A DNA stretch of 64,000 nucleotides, taken from positions 5,312,716 to 5,376,715 of the forward strand of contig MU058337.1 in NCBI GenBank assembly GCA_013265495.1, written 5' to 3'. Shown in pieces: positions 27,051-41,569 of the stretch. Every line of letters begins with the position of its first letter. Position 1 is the stretch's first letter. A model generated the notes under the pieces. That model saw only the letters and a program-made list of their open reading frames with translations. It had not been told where the DNA came from and did no database searches. The DNA comes from Vicugna vicugna. Taxonomy: Eukaryota. The translations under genes were made by a program, and so were the position numbers.

Positions 27051-29839
27051 GTTCTTATTTTCATTGCTTGTGCATGATAATGCAGAGATGTGAACCATGT
27101 GTGTCCCCAAATATGAAGACATGAAAATCTTAGTACCGCTTCCAAATACTCAGTTTTAATTTTGGACTATTTTGAAATTCTTGTATTATAACTATTAACT
27201 CCCTAAGAATGACATGAAGTTCTGGCATTTTTGCCTTGATTTCTTTTGAATGTAGTTTCCAACAGATCTTTCAAAATATGGGTGACAAAGATTATTTTTA
27301 GTTTTGCTTGCTTTTTGAGAAAACTTTAAAAGCTACTAAATAACATTTATTCAGTGTGTTAGTAGAGACCAGTAAGTATCACCATTGCCATAGACCCTCT
27401 GTGGGAAGCTGAGGCCCAGGATGGTCACATAGGCTAGAAGCAGTGGACGATTTGAACATTAGGGAAGGTAACTGAAAGCTAATTGTGGCTAAGCATAGTT
27501 TCTTCGTTTTTTTGAATCAACTAATGGAAAATATATTTCCAAGAACCTTTTTTGTTCTAAAGTGACTGCTGTCCAGAGGCAGGGGCGGGCAGGTATGTGT
27601 CATGACCTTGCCTTTGCTGCTGTCATTCCCAGCCTCCGTGGAAATTGCCCAGCCCCAGAGGCAGGGAGTGTTTTAGTTGGCGTGTGGGCTCAGCGTCCTT
27701 GGAACTGCTCTACTTTCTACATAAACGTTCCTGCCAATGTCAGCATTGGCCTTGTCAACACTTCTTTTCCATTTGTGAACCCTGTAGTTAAAGCTTTCAC
27801 CTCTCCTTTTCTAGAAGTATTTTATATTTAGCACTCTGGCGTTTAGAAATTCTCTGCAGAAATACATTTCAACTGAGCATCTTTATTACTTCTAAAAAAA
27901 GTTTAACTTAGAAAATATACATAAGTATATATATGCTTTTTTTCTCTATGGCCTTTGATCTTGTTGCAAAATTTTAGTACTGCCAACAGGTTTAAGGTAA
28001 CCGATAAAGTGATTTCACAAGTGAGGCAAGGTGGTACCAAAAGACTGCTTAACTGTTAAGAAAAAAATTAAGCTAAAATTCAGCTCAAAAAACATAAGGT
28101 TAATAAATACATTTTAAAGCACTTAGAAGAAAAGAAGTCCTTTTGTGTTTGCTTCATGTTCTGGACTAGCAAATAAAAAATGCTGTTTTGTTTTGTTAAT
28201 TCATTGGCCACAAGACAGTCCTCGGGCCGAATGCCTGGGATCATCAGTTAAACATGTGGATGAGTTGTGTATAGATTATTATAATCATAAAGTTATATCA
28301 CAGTCTTATCAGGGAAATTCTGGGGTTAATTAGTTTAGAAATATATTTTAGTAAAATTAAAAATTATTTCAAGGAAGAGAAAACATTTTTGATAAAGATT
28401 TTACTCATTAGAAAGGTGACATCATGCCAAATAATTTAATTCTGGCTGACTTATTGTTCATTAAACCTCTGTAAGTCAGAGTGGGCCTTTCTCGCTGTGT
28501 TGGTCTCCTGACCTTGTTCACATTTCATGTATGTGGATACATCCAGCGTTAGTGACAAAAGTTGATGCTGTTGAATCCAGATGTCACCCTAAGAATACTC
28601 TTCTCTCATCAATAGTTGTCTCTACTGTCTCATGGAAAATAGATTTACTTTATAATCACCACCACTCATCAGATCTGAGTGTACAGTTCATGTGACCTGG
28701 TAAAAGGTGGGTGGCGCGAGGCAGTTTGGTGGAAGAAAACATTTTCTAGAAAATCTCAATGAATCTCACAACTGACCATTGGCTAAAATATTTTAAATAT
28801 GTGGTTAATATCTGTATAAGAGATTTGATAACAGAGAGTGAGGAAATTACCAGAGGGTGAGAGAAATGGAGAGTTCACCGAAACAGAAAAGGATTTCAGT
28901 GAAGATTGTGTCTTCAACAGGTGGCCTCAAGCTACAAGTGATAGTTGAATTAGAGACACTGCCATGTTGTTTGAAATATGGTTGTGGCTGTTTCAATTCC
29001 ATTGTCAAGACCCGCCTACAAGTGTCATGAGCCGTGTAGCTGGTTTCTATTCAGTGCCCTGTTTTATGGTCCAGACAGAACCAGAGTCATAAACGTGGAC
29101 TACAGATGAGTCCGTTTGCTTCTGTGTTTGTCCGTGAGTGTATCGTATGCCTCATTTTGATTCAGATGCAAAACCTGGAAAACTTGCAGAACGTGTGTCT
29201 TTGTGGTTTGTCTTGGAGTGATTCAGAGAACTGCTTTATTTTTTGGTGAGGAAAATTTTGGGCCATGTATTTCATCCCAAATGTGTGATTTTTCTTTTTA
29301 AAACTTAATTAATATAGTATCTCCTTCTGCAAACTAAAATATTTCCCCCTCGGGTACATGTGTGTACAGTCATCTTATACAATTGCAGGAAGTAAAAAAG
29401 TAATACAATTTTTCTTCCAATGTGAAGTTGTCAAAACAAAAAACTGATAAATATTAGTATTATTGGGCTATTGGGTTATGTATTGTGTGGCCAATACTTT
29501 ATATAAAAACAAATGACATCTTAAGATCTAGGGTTTTAGCCTTCTCACATCTTTAATGATCAATGAAATGTCAAATTCAAATGTAGACTATTGAAAATAA
29601 AGTCCAAAAATGCATTTTTAGGTCTCTCCTTTGACTCTAAGTTGTTTAACCTCCAAATAGTTCATCATAAGCCAAAAGAGAAATTCCAGTGAATCTCACA
29701 ACTGTTCCATTTTCGCTTGTGTCAAGTGAGGAAATTCAATTCAGTTCAAAATATTTAAAAGATACAAATTACATACAAGTTCCTGAGCCAGACACAGCAG
29801 AGCAAAGGCTACAGAGTCAGAAAGACTGTCAAGTCAGAA

Positions 29840-30030
29840 AAGTGGTTGTCAACCAGGGGCCGTACTGGAAAATGTCTGCAAACATTTCTGGTTGTCACAA
29901 CTTGGAGGTTGAGGTAGTGTCTGAATCAAGTAGGAAGAGGTCAGAGATGCTACAACACACAGGACAGGCCCCCACAAAAAAGCATTGTCCAGCCCCAAAT
30001 GTCACTAGTGCCAAATTGAGGCACCCTGGG
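29840..30030. mobile_element. MER20-like hAT-Charlie MITE
   Basis: agtggttgtcaaccagggg...aaatgtctgcaaacatttctggttgtcacaact...cagccccaaatgtcactagtgccaaattgaggcaccctg. Confidence 0.8.
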
Positions 30031-30367
30031 TTGGACTGTGAGTTAGACCAGTGGTGCCCCTTTGATGAGTAAATTTATTTCCCATTGACTCTTCAGGATT
30101 TAAATAGCAGTGAATTCTACCTAAATACAAACTGACAGTACAACTTACCTTCGAGTGGCTTCAACAAATCCCACCATAAACCATACAGAGCTCTTTTTTT
30201 CCATTAGTTCTGTGGTTTAATAAGAGTATTGCTCTGTGGAGCAGCTCTAGAGTTTTAAAATTAAAATTTAGTCAGAGAATAAGATAAGTTGTTTATATGC
30301 ACATATACAAACATAACAAAAGCAGTGAAAAGCAGTGAAGCACAGCCCACCCTATCTTGAACAAGTT

Positions 30368-30950
30368 GTGTTTTTTGTTCTTGAGATATAATTGACACCT
30401 CAGATTAGCTTCAGGTATTTAATATAATGATTCAGTATCTGTATATATTGTACAATGATAGCCACAATAAATCTCATTAACCATCCATCACCACATATAA
30501 TAATAAATTTATTTTCTTGTGATGATGACTTTTAAGATTTACTCTCAGCAACTTTCAGATATGCAGCATATTTTATTAAGTATAGTTATCACGCTGTACA
30601 TTACATCCCCAGGACTTTTTTAAATCTCATAACTGGAAGTTTGTACCTTTTGACTGCCTTCACCCATTTTTGTCCACCTCTTACCCCAACCCCTGGCAAT
30701 ACTAATCTGTTCTCTGTATTTGCCAGTTTAGTTTTGTTTGTTTGTTTAGATTCCACATATATGTGAGTATTCATCTTTCTCTATCTGACTAATTTCACTT
30801 AGCATAATGCCCTTATAGTCCATTTATGTTGTCACAAATTGCAATATGTCCTTTTCATGGCTAAATAATATTCCATCAGACATATGTATATGTGTGTGTG
30901 TATACATGCATACATATATGTATCACTTTTTTCTCATTCATTCATTGATC
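30368..30950 (-). mobile_element. LINE-1 3' end (L1MA9-like)
   Basis: Antisense 3' UTR (ttcttgtgatgatgacttttaagatttactctcagcaactttc; aactggaagtttgtaccttttgac). Confidence 0.82.
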
Positions 30951-33900
30951 TCTAATAATGTAAATGTGCAAAGATCAAGCTCTTTTCACGTGTTCTGTTA
31001 TTTGACCACTTTTCAGGACTGAATCTTTAGTCATCACAACTGTCGTTGAGAAAAGAAGCATCCATGTGACTTTTGGGATGGGGATACATCCTTCCATGGT
31101 TAAACCTCCTGTTTAAGAGCAGTTCATTGAGGCACTGATAAATTATAGACATTCATGTGTAGTGATGGAGGAGCATGTAGGTTTCTTTTCCTTACAACTG
31201 AGGGAGATGCTCACACTGGAACCTAGTTAGAGGTAAAGCCAAGCAGCTGATCTCAGAAAAGGGTGGAATCCAATCAGAATCAGCTGAAGGAAAGAGAGAG
31301 CTACTTAGAAATTTCAAGGGAAGCTGATGTTCTTGAGTGTTCTTGCCCTCCACAAATGAGATTATGTTCCTAGGTGGGAAATGAAGCCAGACAGTCAGGT
31401 CAATTTCATAAAAAGTGCATCAGGTTGGAAAGGTTAAAGGACCAGATAAGACAATTATCTGTGGCGGGATGACTGGGTAGAAAGAGGATGGCTCATTCAA
31501 GGTGCTGCAGGGATGACTTCCAGACGCCTGGAGCTTGCTGTGCTGTCGCAAAGCCAAGAGCAGATTCAAAGGGACTGAGTCATAGCCGGCATCCGTCGGG
31601 GTGGGTTCTTGCCTGACCTGGGGTTGGTTTGCCTCGGGAGGTGGTATGTTTCATATCACTGGAGGGGTTAAAATTCAGGAACTTTGCCCTGAGGATCCAG
31701 ACTTTGAGAGAGAGGATGGAATGGGTGGTCCTAAAGGAGTCCTCTTGGTTCTGTTGGGAATTCTGAGGGTGGGGGTGAAGGTGATGGCCCAGACTGAGGC
31801 CTGGTGTGCTTGCTCATCCTTATTCAACTACCTCAGGCCTGCATCAGCCACCATCTCTAACTTGCCAACTCTTTCACAGTGGCTCAGATATCGCCATCAT
31901 TAAAACAGCACCATGGATCGTTTGTGTTGGGAGAAGAGCCTAATGTTGGAACCCTGAGTTTGTGACTTGTTTTAGTTCTCACCACAATTTTGTGACTCTG
32001 TCGTTTGAAAAGTCAGATGACTCAGTGGTGTTATGTAACCTATGACTAGAAGAAACAATAAGGAGTATTCCCAGGACATAGTAAATTTCTCATTTTTTCC
32101 CGTGGAAAATGAGTTCACAGAAGACAACCAGTCATTAAATAATAGTCATAACGGTAGTCAAAACAGATGGGGTATAATTTTGTTCAGAGCTATTAAAAAA
32201 ATCCTCTACTATGTCTCAATCCTTTAGAAAGTTCCCAGGTGAGGATTTACCTTCTAAATGTAGACTTGTGGGTCTTCTTATCCAGTGAATTCAAGCCACC
32301 AACAGAAGAGATCAGGAAGAATGGATGAAGTTAGGAGAACTGATGAGCTGAGTATCACTGTTGTGATTTTGTTTCTTATACAGCTTGAATTTGTGGCTTG
32401 AGAGTTTGGAGTTCTTAGAAAGTGGTGCTATTCCAGGAGCTTTGCAGAGATATTCTGGGGACAGGCCCCACGGTCTCTAGTGAGAGAATGTGTTCTATTC
32501 CCAGGTGCAATTGTAGAATCATTATTCCCTTAACAAAACTGTGGCCTTTTCAGCTAGAATTTTAGTTCCATAATTCAGATGGACTGAAAGCATTTTGGAA
32601 TGTAACTAGAAAAAATATTTTTAATGTATCAATATAGTATTTTCTAGAAATCCCCTATCCTGGATTAAACAACAGAGGAAGACCTTCCTGCATATATGTA
32701 GCATGGGCTTTTAAATTTTTATAGGTGTATGTGTTTTCAGTGAATTTTGAAAATTAGCCAAATTTAAAGTCAATTATAAAGTAGTTGCCTTTGTTCCCAA
32801 ATTACCTGTGTGATATTTACATTAAGGAAGACTTGATTTTTAAAAGTGTTTGAGAAAGGCCTTCATATATCGTAATACTGTGTGATCATTGTGTATTTAC
32901 TAACAGCATTATTGAGTGTTTCTCAGTGTCAAGTCCAGAAGTGAAAGACACAGTTTTAGCTCAGTGCTGACACAGTGAGGGCGGCAAACCAGGTGAAGTC
33001 AGTATGATGGGCGACATGATGCCGGTGAGCTCAGGGCTCTCTGGGAGGACCAGCACCTCATGTGGCCGGAGGGCAGCGGGGGTGAGCTGAGCTGGGCAGC
33101 CACAGGGGAGTCAGTTAAGAGAACCAGAGGGCAGCCCCGGGGTGGCCAGAGGGAGCAGGTTGTGCAGAAAAAGTTTGAGCAGCTGCAGTTTCTTCCTTAG
33201 GGTTATCTGTTCCCCACAGAAAATCAGAAGATCATAAATTTGATTTTGTCATTTTAAATATTGATCAACAATGGGAAAATCTTTTCAAAAGTGATTTTCT
33301 TTTCATCATCTTTGCGAAGTCAGGAGTAAGAAAGGGACGAGTTCTGCTGCAACTCAGTACCATCCACAAAGCCTTTAACCTGCTGTAGCTCATGTATGTG
33401 GGAAACACTTTTTGCAGTGGTCGCATTTTCCTGGGGTTTTTTTTTTTTGGTTGTATGTTCACAAATGTCTCATCTCTTTGTGTCAACAAACCCTGCTCTT
33501 TGAGCTATCCTAAAGGTTCCTAATTCTCCTTTTTCTGTGTGGAATTAGGGAGAATGGAGTAAAAGCTGCAGGATTACTCATTGAACATACTATTTTTCAC
33601 TTAGTTTCAAATACCATCTTCTCTGTAGATGTAATAAAGAAAGATCAGGGCAAGTTAGACCAAGGATGATTTTCAGTATTCCTTTCAAATTTAATCTTTT
33701 ATTGACGATTTCCATATTTTACCTATAAATGCTCACTTGGTAAAACAATTAAACTAAAGCGGCAATTCATTCTGGATTTCTGTAGCCAATTTTCTGTTTT
33801 AGTTTACATAACTAGAAAGAAATAAGGGACTTAAATTATGTCTTATGTTAAAATTGTCCTTCATATTCAGACCACAAAAGCAAAAACGTTGTTCAATTTT

Positions 33901-34174
33901 AGTACCCACAAATCATTAATGGAAATGGTCATTTCTGTTTTCTGTTCCATTTTATATTTGATATGTGCTGTTCTTCTATGAAAAGTTAACATAATTTATA
34001 AAAGTTATCCTCTTATCTGAGTTCCTCAGTATACTATGATCTTAGCCATCATAGACCATTAGAAAACAATTAATTCCATTTGAATTAAGGGTAAGAGAAA
34101 ATAAGCTCTTTTTAAAGTGCCAGTCTTAGGCAAGAAAATATATAAGTAAATGATAAAGAAAAAAAAGTTTAAGA

Positions 34175-34400
34175 CCTGGAACCTGATGATGTGGTTCAGT
34201 TTCTGGTCTTAACTTCTTTCTAACTCCGGCAAGTTCATTACCTAGTGGCCTTCACTTTCCTTTTCTGTAAAATGTGATTGATAATATCTGCCCTTGTACC
34301 CACCCACCCATCACTGGCCTAATTAGACAAGGATTTCATAGCATTTAAGTCTGTAAAAGAACCTCAAAACTAAACATGTTTTACAAATGCTAGTTGTTAT
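34175..34400 (+). mobile_element. MIR SINE (degenerate)
   Basis: ggcaagttcattacctagtggccttcactttccttttctgtaaaatgtgattgataata and a tail-like aaatgctagttgttat. Confidence 0.6.
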
Positions 34401-34979
34401 GGCAACGACTTACCAATGTCCAATGTATGATTCTTAAGATGAGAGGCAGTGCATATGGGCAGTTTTATTTTACTGAAGATATGTAGCCCAGATGAGTGCA
34501 TAATAGGTGCTCACCAGATCAGGATACACTTTCCTTCTTCCTCTCAGCCTTTCTTTCCAGCTTTGTTATTTCTCATTTGTCCCCATTTGCTGCTACTCTT
34601 TTCTGCTGTTCCATGTACTCTGGAATCCACTGATGCTCCAATTGTTCTTCCTGCATGCACAGGCCCAGGGAGGCAGTTGGAAGTCAACCAACTTTAGTAA
34701 CTCTCTTCTTAGTTTGGACATTTGATCATATGCACATTCTGATTTCAAATTTCCATGCGCTTAGCACATATATGGATGGATATTGATTTTTTAGGTCTTA
34801 TATCCTAGAGTAATTTAACTCATTTATAACAGTGGAATTTATTGAGATGCAAATGTTTACCAGTTTTATGAATAAAAATCCATATCATGTTTGTTTTACA
34901 ACTTTACCTCAGTACTATTTTTTATTTGTATGGTTTTTCACAAAATAATATTAAGCAATTATTTTCCATTTTTATAATA

Positions 34980-35300
34980 ATTTATTAAGTATTCACCACA
35001 TGCCAACCCTTGACAGAAATGAAATCATTTAATCCTCACAATACTTTGATATATGTCTTATTACTGGCCCATTTTACAGATGAGGAAATCAAGCCACAGA
35101 AAGGATGTCAGGAAGCAGGATGTCATCACAGTTAAATATGCAGGATCTTGTCCTGAGTGACTGGGTTGATTTTTGTTCCCCTAATTACTATCCGTGCATC
35201 CTTAGACAGATTCGTGGCACTTTGTGTGCTTTAGTTTTATCATCTGTAAAATGGGGAAGTAATGACACATTCTCATAATGCCATGAGGATTGAACAGTCT
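34980..35300. mobile_element. Two MIR fragments in opposite orientations
   Basis: Minus: catttaatcctcacaatac...cccattttacagatgaggaaatcaagcc. Plus: ttagttttatcatctgtaaaatgggg. Confidence 0.7.
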
Positions 35301-35912
35301 TTCCTCTGAATGACATTTTAGGTTCTCTTAACCATATGTTCAAAACTCTGCCCACAAATGGTTCTCTTTTCTTTCTTTCCATTATCAGTAATATTTTCAA
35401 TGAGACAATCCTCCCACAAAATACAAAATACTATTTAATGATTTACTTCCTTATGTTTTGGGGTTCAGTGAACACTAGGGAATCCAAAGACAGGCTCCCT
35501 CACATTAGTTTTTGGAGCCTAAGATACATTAGTTCTTCCCTTGAGAACATGATTTCCAATAAAATCCAGTTCCCAGGTTTATTTCATTTCAATTAAAACT
35601 ACAGCAAGTGCTTTTCAGCACACTGAAAGTGTTACGCCCCAAGTGGCAGGCTTACATGGTACACTTTTTTTTTTATTGTATCTTTACTTGGCTTGAATGT
35701 TAGGTTTCCTTTCCACATTGTTAAAAGCACTTAAGAGCTAAAGATATGGCATAAAATTGTTTTATTGCTAGAGATACTAAAAGCGTCCTGGCTTGAAGTA
35801 ATAAATAGCTTTGTCAAAGTCCTAAGAAAAAGAACAACAAAATGTGGCATGTGATTTGAGTCCCTGTAGAAGAGCTTTTGTCATTGAGAGAATGAGCGTG
35901 GATAAATACTGA

Positions 35913-36134
<222 letters not shown>

Positions 36135-36235
36135 TAAAAAAATTGTGCTCATCAAGTCTATGCCTTCTGACAGTTTCTTCTGATCTTTTGTTTGTTTTTG
36201 GTTGCCCTCACTCCCTCATGCCCAGTCTTTGGTAA

Positions 36236-36388
<153 letters not shown>

Positions 36389-36479
36389 TAACTTACTCCT
36401 ACGTGGCGTAGCCTCTGTACCTGGGCATGGCCCTCCGCAGCACCCGTGGAACTTGATCGAACTTGAGAAAGCCCTGTTA

Positions 36480-36635
36480 TCGTGGGCTTCTCAGACTCAC
36501 GAGGGAGCTGCTTAAAAATAAAGGTGCAAAGTCCCAAACCTGGAACAACCAAATCAGACTCTCTGGGTGACGGGGCGAGGGCACCTCTGTTTTTAATAGC
36601 TCCGTCTGTAGGTTTGATACAAAACTCAGCTTATC
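36480..36635. mobile_element. MER5-like hAT MITE about 115 bp downstream of the second exon
   Basis: gggagctgcttaaaaata...aaatcagactctctggg...acctctgtttttaatagctcc...ggtttgat. Confidence 0.6.
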
Positions 36636-38048
36636 ATCACATTTATGATGTACCTTTGATTTGATTCTGCTGTCACAAGTCCTCAAACGCAGTTGAAATA
36701 TAGCAACTGTGGATTTTCCCATTTTGATAAATATTCATGTAATTGAAAACCAACATAATGGCCCTTATGTATAGGCTTAGAATTTTTTGAATGGAAAATT
36801 TATTTCATTCAGAACAAACTAATCACAATGTAATAAATTATGAAGACGATGCCTCAAGCCCAAATGTTTGCCTGTGAATTTGAGGAATTACTACATATTC
36901 AGAAGGGTTCCTCTATGTGCCCCCAAATTAGAAGTGTCCCAGAATTTGACTAAAAGTAGTATGGCATTTATTACATAAAAGGACAGTTCAGATCAAATGC
37001 CTTTGTTTTTATTTTAGATTTTGTTTTGCATGTTTGTTTATTTGGTGTTTAGAAAGAAAGAACAAGTTTATATACCTTCTTCAGCTATGAATCTTTATAA
37101 AAGAGAGAGAAAATAAAAATTCCTGAATTGAGAATGAAAATTACTATTTCAAGTTTTAAGATAAATTTAAGTTTATGAATATTTATACAGGTCTGTTAGG
37201 ACAAAGGTATCTGTGAAAGATCCAAGGCACAAATTTTACTTTGAAAATCTCCAAACTGAACTTTTAATAACTATATTTATATAATTATTACTTTTAAAAT
37301 AATATATTATTTAAAAATAACTACATTTAATGACTAACAGCTAAAATGCTATTAAACTTGCTAATATTTGGAAAAGCTTTCTGCAGCATCTTTACGATGT
37401 TGTGAAAGTTTGAATGGTCTAACCAATTTTTTATAGATGAAATAGTATTAATATTGTTCAGTTTTGTCAAACAGCTATTCAAACTTTTATGAAAGATTTT
37501 TTTTTAAGGATCATCTTGGTTATGTCACAGGTGGCATGTAGGAAAACCTTCAAAGAATCCCCCACATCTCGTTTTCATTTCTTCCCTCATCTCTCCTAAT
37601 AAACTATGAGAAATAATGAAGTTCCAAGTTTATGCTTACATGTCTTTTAAGTAGGGTGACAACCTTATGAAGGTGTGTTTTCCCGTATAGACCTTGATAA
37701 CTAAATGGAACGTAGAACTATGAACTCTGCACATTCAATATTCCCAAGAGACACCTAAAATATCTTTAAAACCATATAGTGCTTATTAAGTAACTCTTAT
37801 TTACAAAACCACAGCTGGAAAAGCGGTGTTTCGAAGAACCACCAAATCAGCCAGCAGTTCTAATAGAAAGTGAAATGTGAAGAGATTGTGAACACAGTTG
37901 TACAAAATTGCTTTGATGCAAAATTGTACTTAATCAGGAGGAATAAGTTGGTAATTCAGCGGTAATGCGTCTAGGTATTCAGCAGAGGTAATCACACAGA
38001 GAATTGTGAAAAACCTTCATTAAGAAAAATGCTGTGGCTGAGGACCCG

Positions 38049-38118
38049 GTTGCTAGGCAACTGAAGCTCCTGCAGCAGCCTCTCGGGCTGCCTGGCAACA
38101 AGCCGCAAGCCCCGCCCA
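38049..38118. promoter_or_regulatory. Candidate intronic enhancer: RFX X-box, second imperfect X-box and GC box
   Basis: GTTGCTAGGCAAC 38049-38061, GCTGCCTGGCAAC 38087-38099 and GCCCCGCCCA 38109-38118 in a GC/CpG-rich patch within AT-rich intron. Confidence 0.5.
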
Positions 38119-41100
38119 GCCCCTCGCCAGCCACTCAGCAAGTGGCCCAGATGCTTTTGTGTCTGTAGAAGAGAGAGACGTGGTTTGCTGTGATTCTGTT
38201 ATGTTTATAAAACCTGACACAACTCCATGCGCAAGGACCTCTCGTTAAATGGTTTAAAACATTAAATCACAAGTTTCTAATTACAATAAAACAGGCTTTC
38301 AGGGAATAAAAAAATTATTGTATTGTGAAGCACATAACTTTTCAGAAATGAAGTCAGTTCTTGCTTTCCTCTAGTATGTGGGACATCTGCAGTTGTTCTC
38401 TGTAAGTTATCCTCCTAGGAGGGCGAAGAGGGCCCCAGGCACGGTGGCCATGTTGACGCTTCGAAGTCCCTGGACTTCCCAGGAGGGCTGTGTGTGTAGA
38501 GAGAAAAATTATACACGTTAAAGGGACAAAGTAGGGGCTTTCCAACACCTTAGGCGGTTCCATGGGAATTGGCTTTGATGTGGACTGCTCAGAGGGAAAG
38601 CGGAATCAGTGATGAGAATTCTTTTTTAAAAATAACAAAGCAACATGCCTCCGAGTCACAGCATAGAAACAAATTACAGAAAAAGGAATGCCAAAGGTCT
38701 TGTATAAGGAGACCCTAGTAGAGCATGTAGCAGGGAAACAAAAGGAAGAAGGTGTGGGAAATTTCAGATTAGTAATCATTAGTTTGCCCAGACCCTGAAG
38801 GAGATGGGGACATTTTTGCCTGCTTACTCATTAGACATAGGTCACTGTTGCCACACGCTCAGTTCTCTGCTGGGTTAAAGCTCAAGAGATTCCTACACCC
38901 GGGATATAATAGCCCCTGTGTCAGCCCACAACAAGACCTCGCATACTACCAGTTTTTAGGGGTGTTGCCCCAAAACCTGATGCTGAGATGTGCCGGTGGG
39001 CTGGTAGAAATATCCTGGGCATAGTGTATCTCTGGGTCAGACGTAACACTCTCATTCCTTGGACACCTCACCTCAGATACCTGTTGCCAGTCGTGCGGTC
39101 TTCTGATCAAGGCTGATTCACCGTAGGGATGAGCTTATCTCACTTGCCTGGAATGGAACTGACAGAACTAAACTTTAGGGCCCGCAAGGCTCCGTTTTTT
39201 AAACATACAGTGATAGACACAAGGCAGGCTCCAGTGATCAATATAGACCTCAATTTTATAGACAAATCATGGCCCAATAGGGTCATATTGAGGGTCCGAT
39301 AAATAAATATTCTGATTGTCTAAAGAGAGAAATCATTTCTGGGTCTGTCATTATCTCTGATTGGGCACACTTGCTGGCCCATGTTTTCTGATACTTACCA
39401 GGGTGAAGTTGATAAAAGAACACTTAGGAGTTCTTCCTCCTTTGTAGTTATCAATGAACATTCTCTGAATATGGGTTCGTATAATACCTAAACAAGCTCT
39501 GTGTACAAGTGCAGTGCTGGGTTAAAGGGCAAAAAGGCATAGATAAAAAGGCACATGATCGAAAAGAGAAAGCATTTCTCCTCCATGACAAGACTATGTC
39601 CAACGAAATGCTACAAGACAATACTTTAGTAAAAATCTGCTAACTGCATTCCAACACCACTGGTTTCCACACGAACATACATCATTAAAATATGTGAGAA
39701 AGCAATTCAGTAAAGTCAGTCATCTTAAAAAAAAAAACAGATAATAGTCATTATTACACAAAATAATGAGCATGGGTACTTGACTTGATTTCATCCTTAA
39801 ATGATATATTCAATGACAGACTCACAAAATGTAATTCTCATTTATGGTTTCCTAAGATAAATACATTATTCCATGTCTGTACTTTCTTATTGGAAGGATT
39901 TCACTGGTGTACCATTCTACAATAGCCCTTGACATGGTCAAGATGAGCTTCAAAGAAGGAAAAGAATTAGTCCTTTTTTTTTAAATTTTGGTGGCCTACT
40001 GATCCCTTAAAATTTTTCTCACTTTAGAAAGCAGAGAGAACAGATATGGAGGAACAGCTAGCAGCCCCTGCCACACTCCCCTAAGGACTTCAGTCCCCGG
40101 GGATTCGTGGCTTTACCTGTCTCACCAACTACCTCCTGTAGCTACGGTTACATTATCCAACCCGAATGTTGTTTTGTAATTCAAGGAACTAAAGAGAAAT
40201 GCATCCTGTTTGCATTTCCTTCACTTCATTCCATACAAAGAAGTGACCTTGAGAGAACACTTCTACTAACAATTAAATTGATTCATTTGACTTCGGTCTA
40301 CTGGAAAAAAAAATAATTTAACAGAGAAAATGAGTCTGCTCCTGATGGAAGCCAATATGTGCCCCAGGGATTCTCTCTTTGCACCGTGATAAGACAGAAG
40401 AGATGCTTGTACAGAGAGTCTTCAGCTCATGATTGACGGGATTGCCTTTGTCTTTCCTCCTTAAAAGGAGACTCCTAGACATTGACAGCTACTTTAAAAG
40501 ACTCTTAAACAGGTTTGCATCTCCACTAATGTATGTATTCTCAGAATGAGCCTATTAGTGATGGACGGGCTTGATTCTCCCACTAAACATACCTTTTAAA
40601 AATTTATTCTAAAGAGAACTTGAATCCTGTAAATGGACAGCTGAGAAAATCTATTTGTAATTGGCATCTTTGATCTGAGAATCTTTGTGTAAATGTGCCC
40701 CTCCGTTTTGTCATGTTAAAAATGCATTTATGCCCTGTGAATTTTGCACTTGTCTGTCACCACCTCCCTTATTTTACAGAGGTCAAGTTTTCTTTCTGCA
40801 AATGATCCACTGCCTCTGTTACCAGCAGTTTGAAATGACGATTATAAATCCTAGGTAACAGGATCTTTGCATCGTCTCACATTTTCATCAACAATTACCC
40901 TTTTGAACACAGGGTCAAACTGACACGAAGACATAAATATGGCAAAGAAAATCTTTATGTATATGAAATTGTGACCTCAGGCAGGAAGAAAGCAGTGAGT
41001 GCCTGTAGTTGGTGTCTTTTCTTAGAAAAATAGCAATCTTTAATTCCACCCTATTCCATCCCACTGCCACACACCCCTAAGGTTTTGAAAGAAAATATAT

Positions 41101-41569
41101 ATTAATGGGAAGATATTTTTAAGTGATAAATGCCTTTCAGCCTGGTGTAATATTGATGGATAACTAATTTTTAAGGTAGTAGAATATGAGAAAGACAACC
41201 TACACATCCAAGAACCTGGGTGTCTAATTCAATGAATGTCAGATTTTAGCATCCTATACTATCCTGAATTTCATCACCTATGTCTTTTAAGCCAAAAAAA
41301 ACCACTTTTTCCACTTCATAAATATTTACCCAAAATTTCCCCTGAGCAGATTAATTGTGGCCTCCATAAACTAATTCCATGGTCTCTTAAGTGATTTGTC
41401 ATTCTCCTCTCATTAAAACAGCACCCTCTCTCCCTCTGCTATCTGTGCATTTCTTACATTATTTATCCTGAGAATATTTTTCTGTGAGTTCAGGGAGAAA
41501 TGTCCACGGAATAAAGATAAAAAATTATCACTCTGTGTAAAAGCTTTGGAATTCTAATTTTCCTTTTCT

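Noticed and set aside
38850..39300. Moderately GC-rich stretch resembling an LTR or other repeat
   Set aside because: No terminal TG/CA, TSD or family motif that I can identify. Left unannotated.
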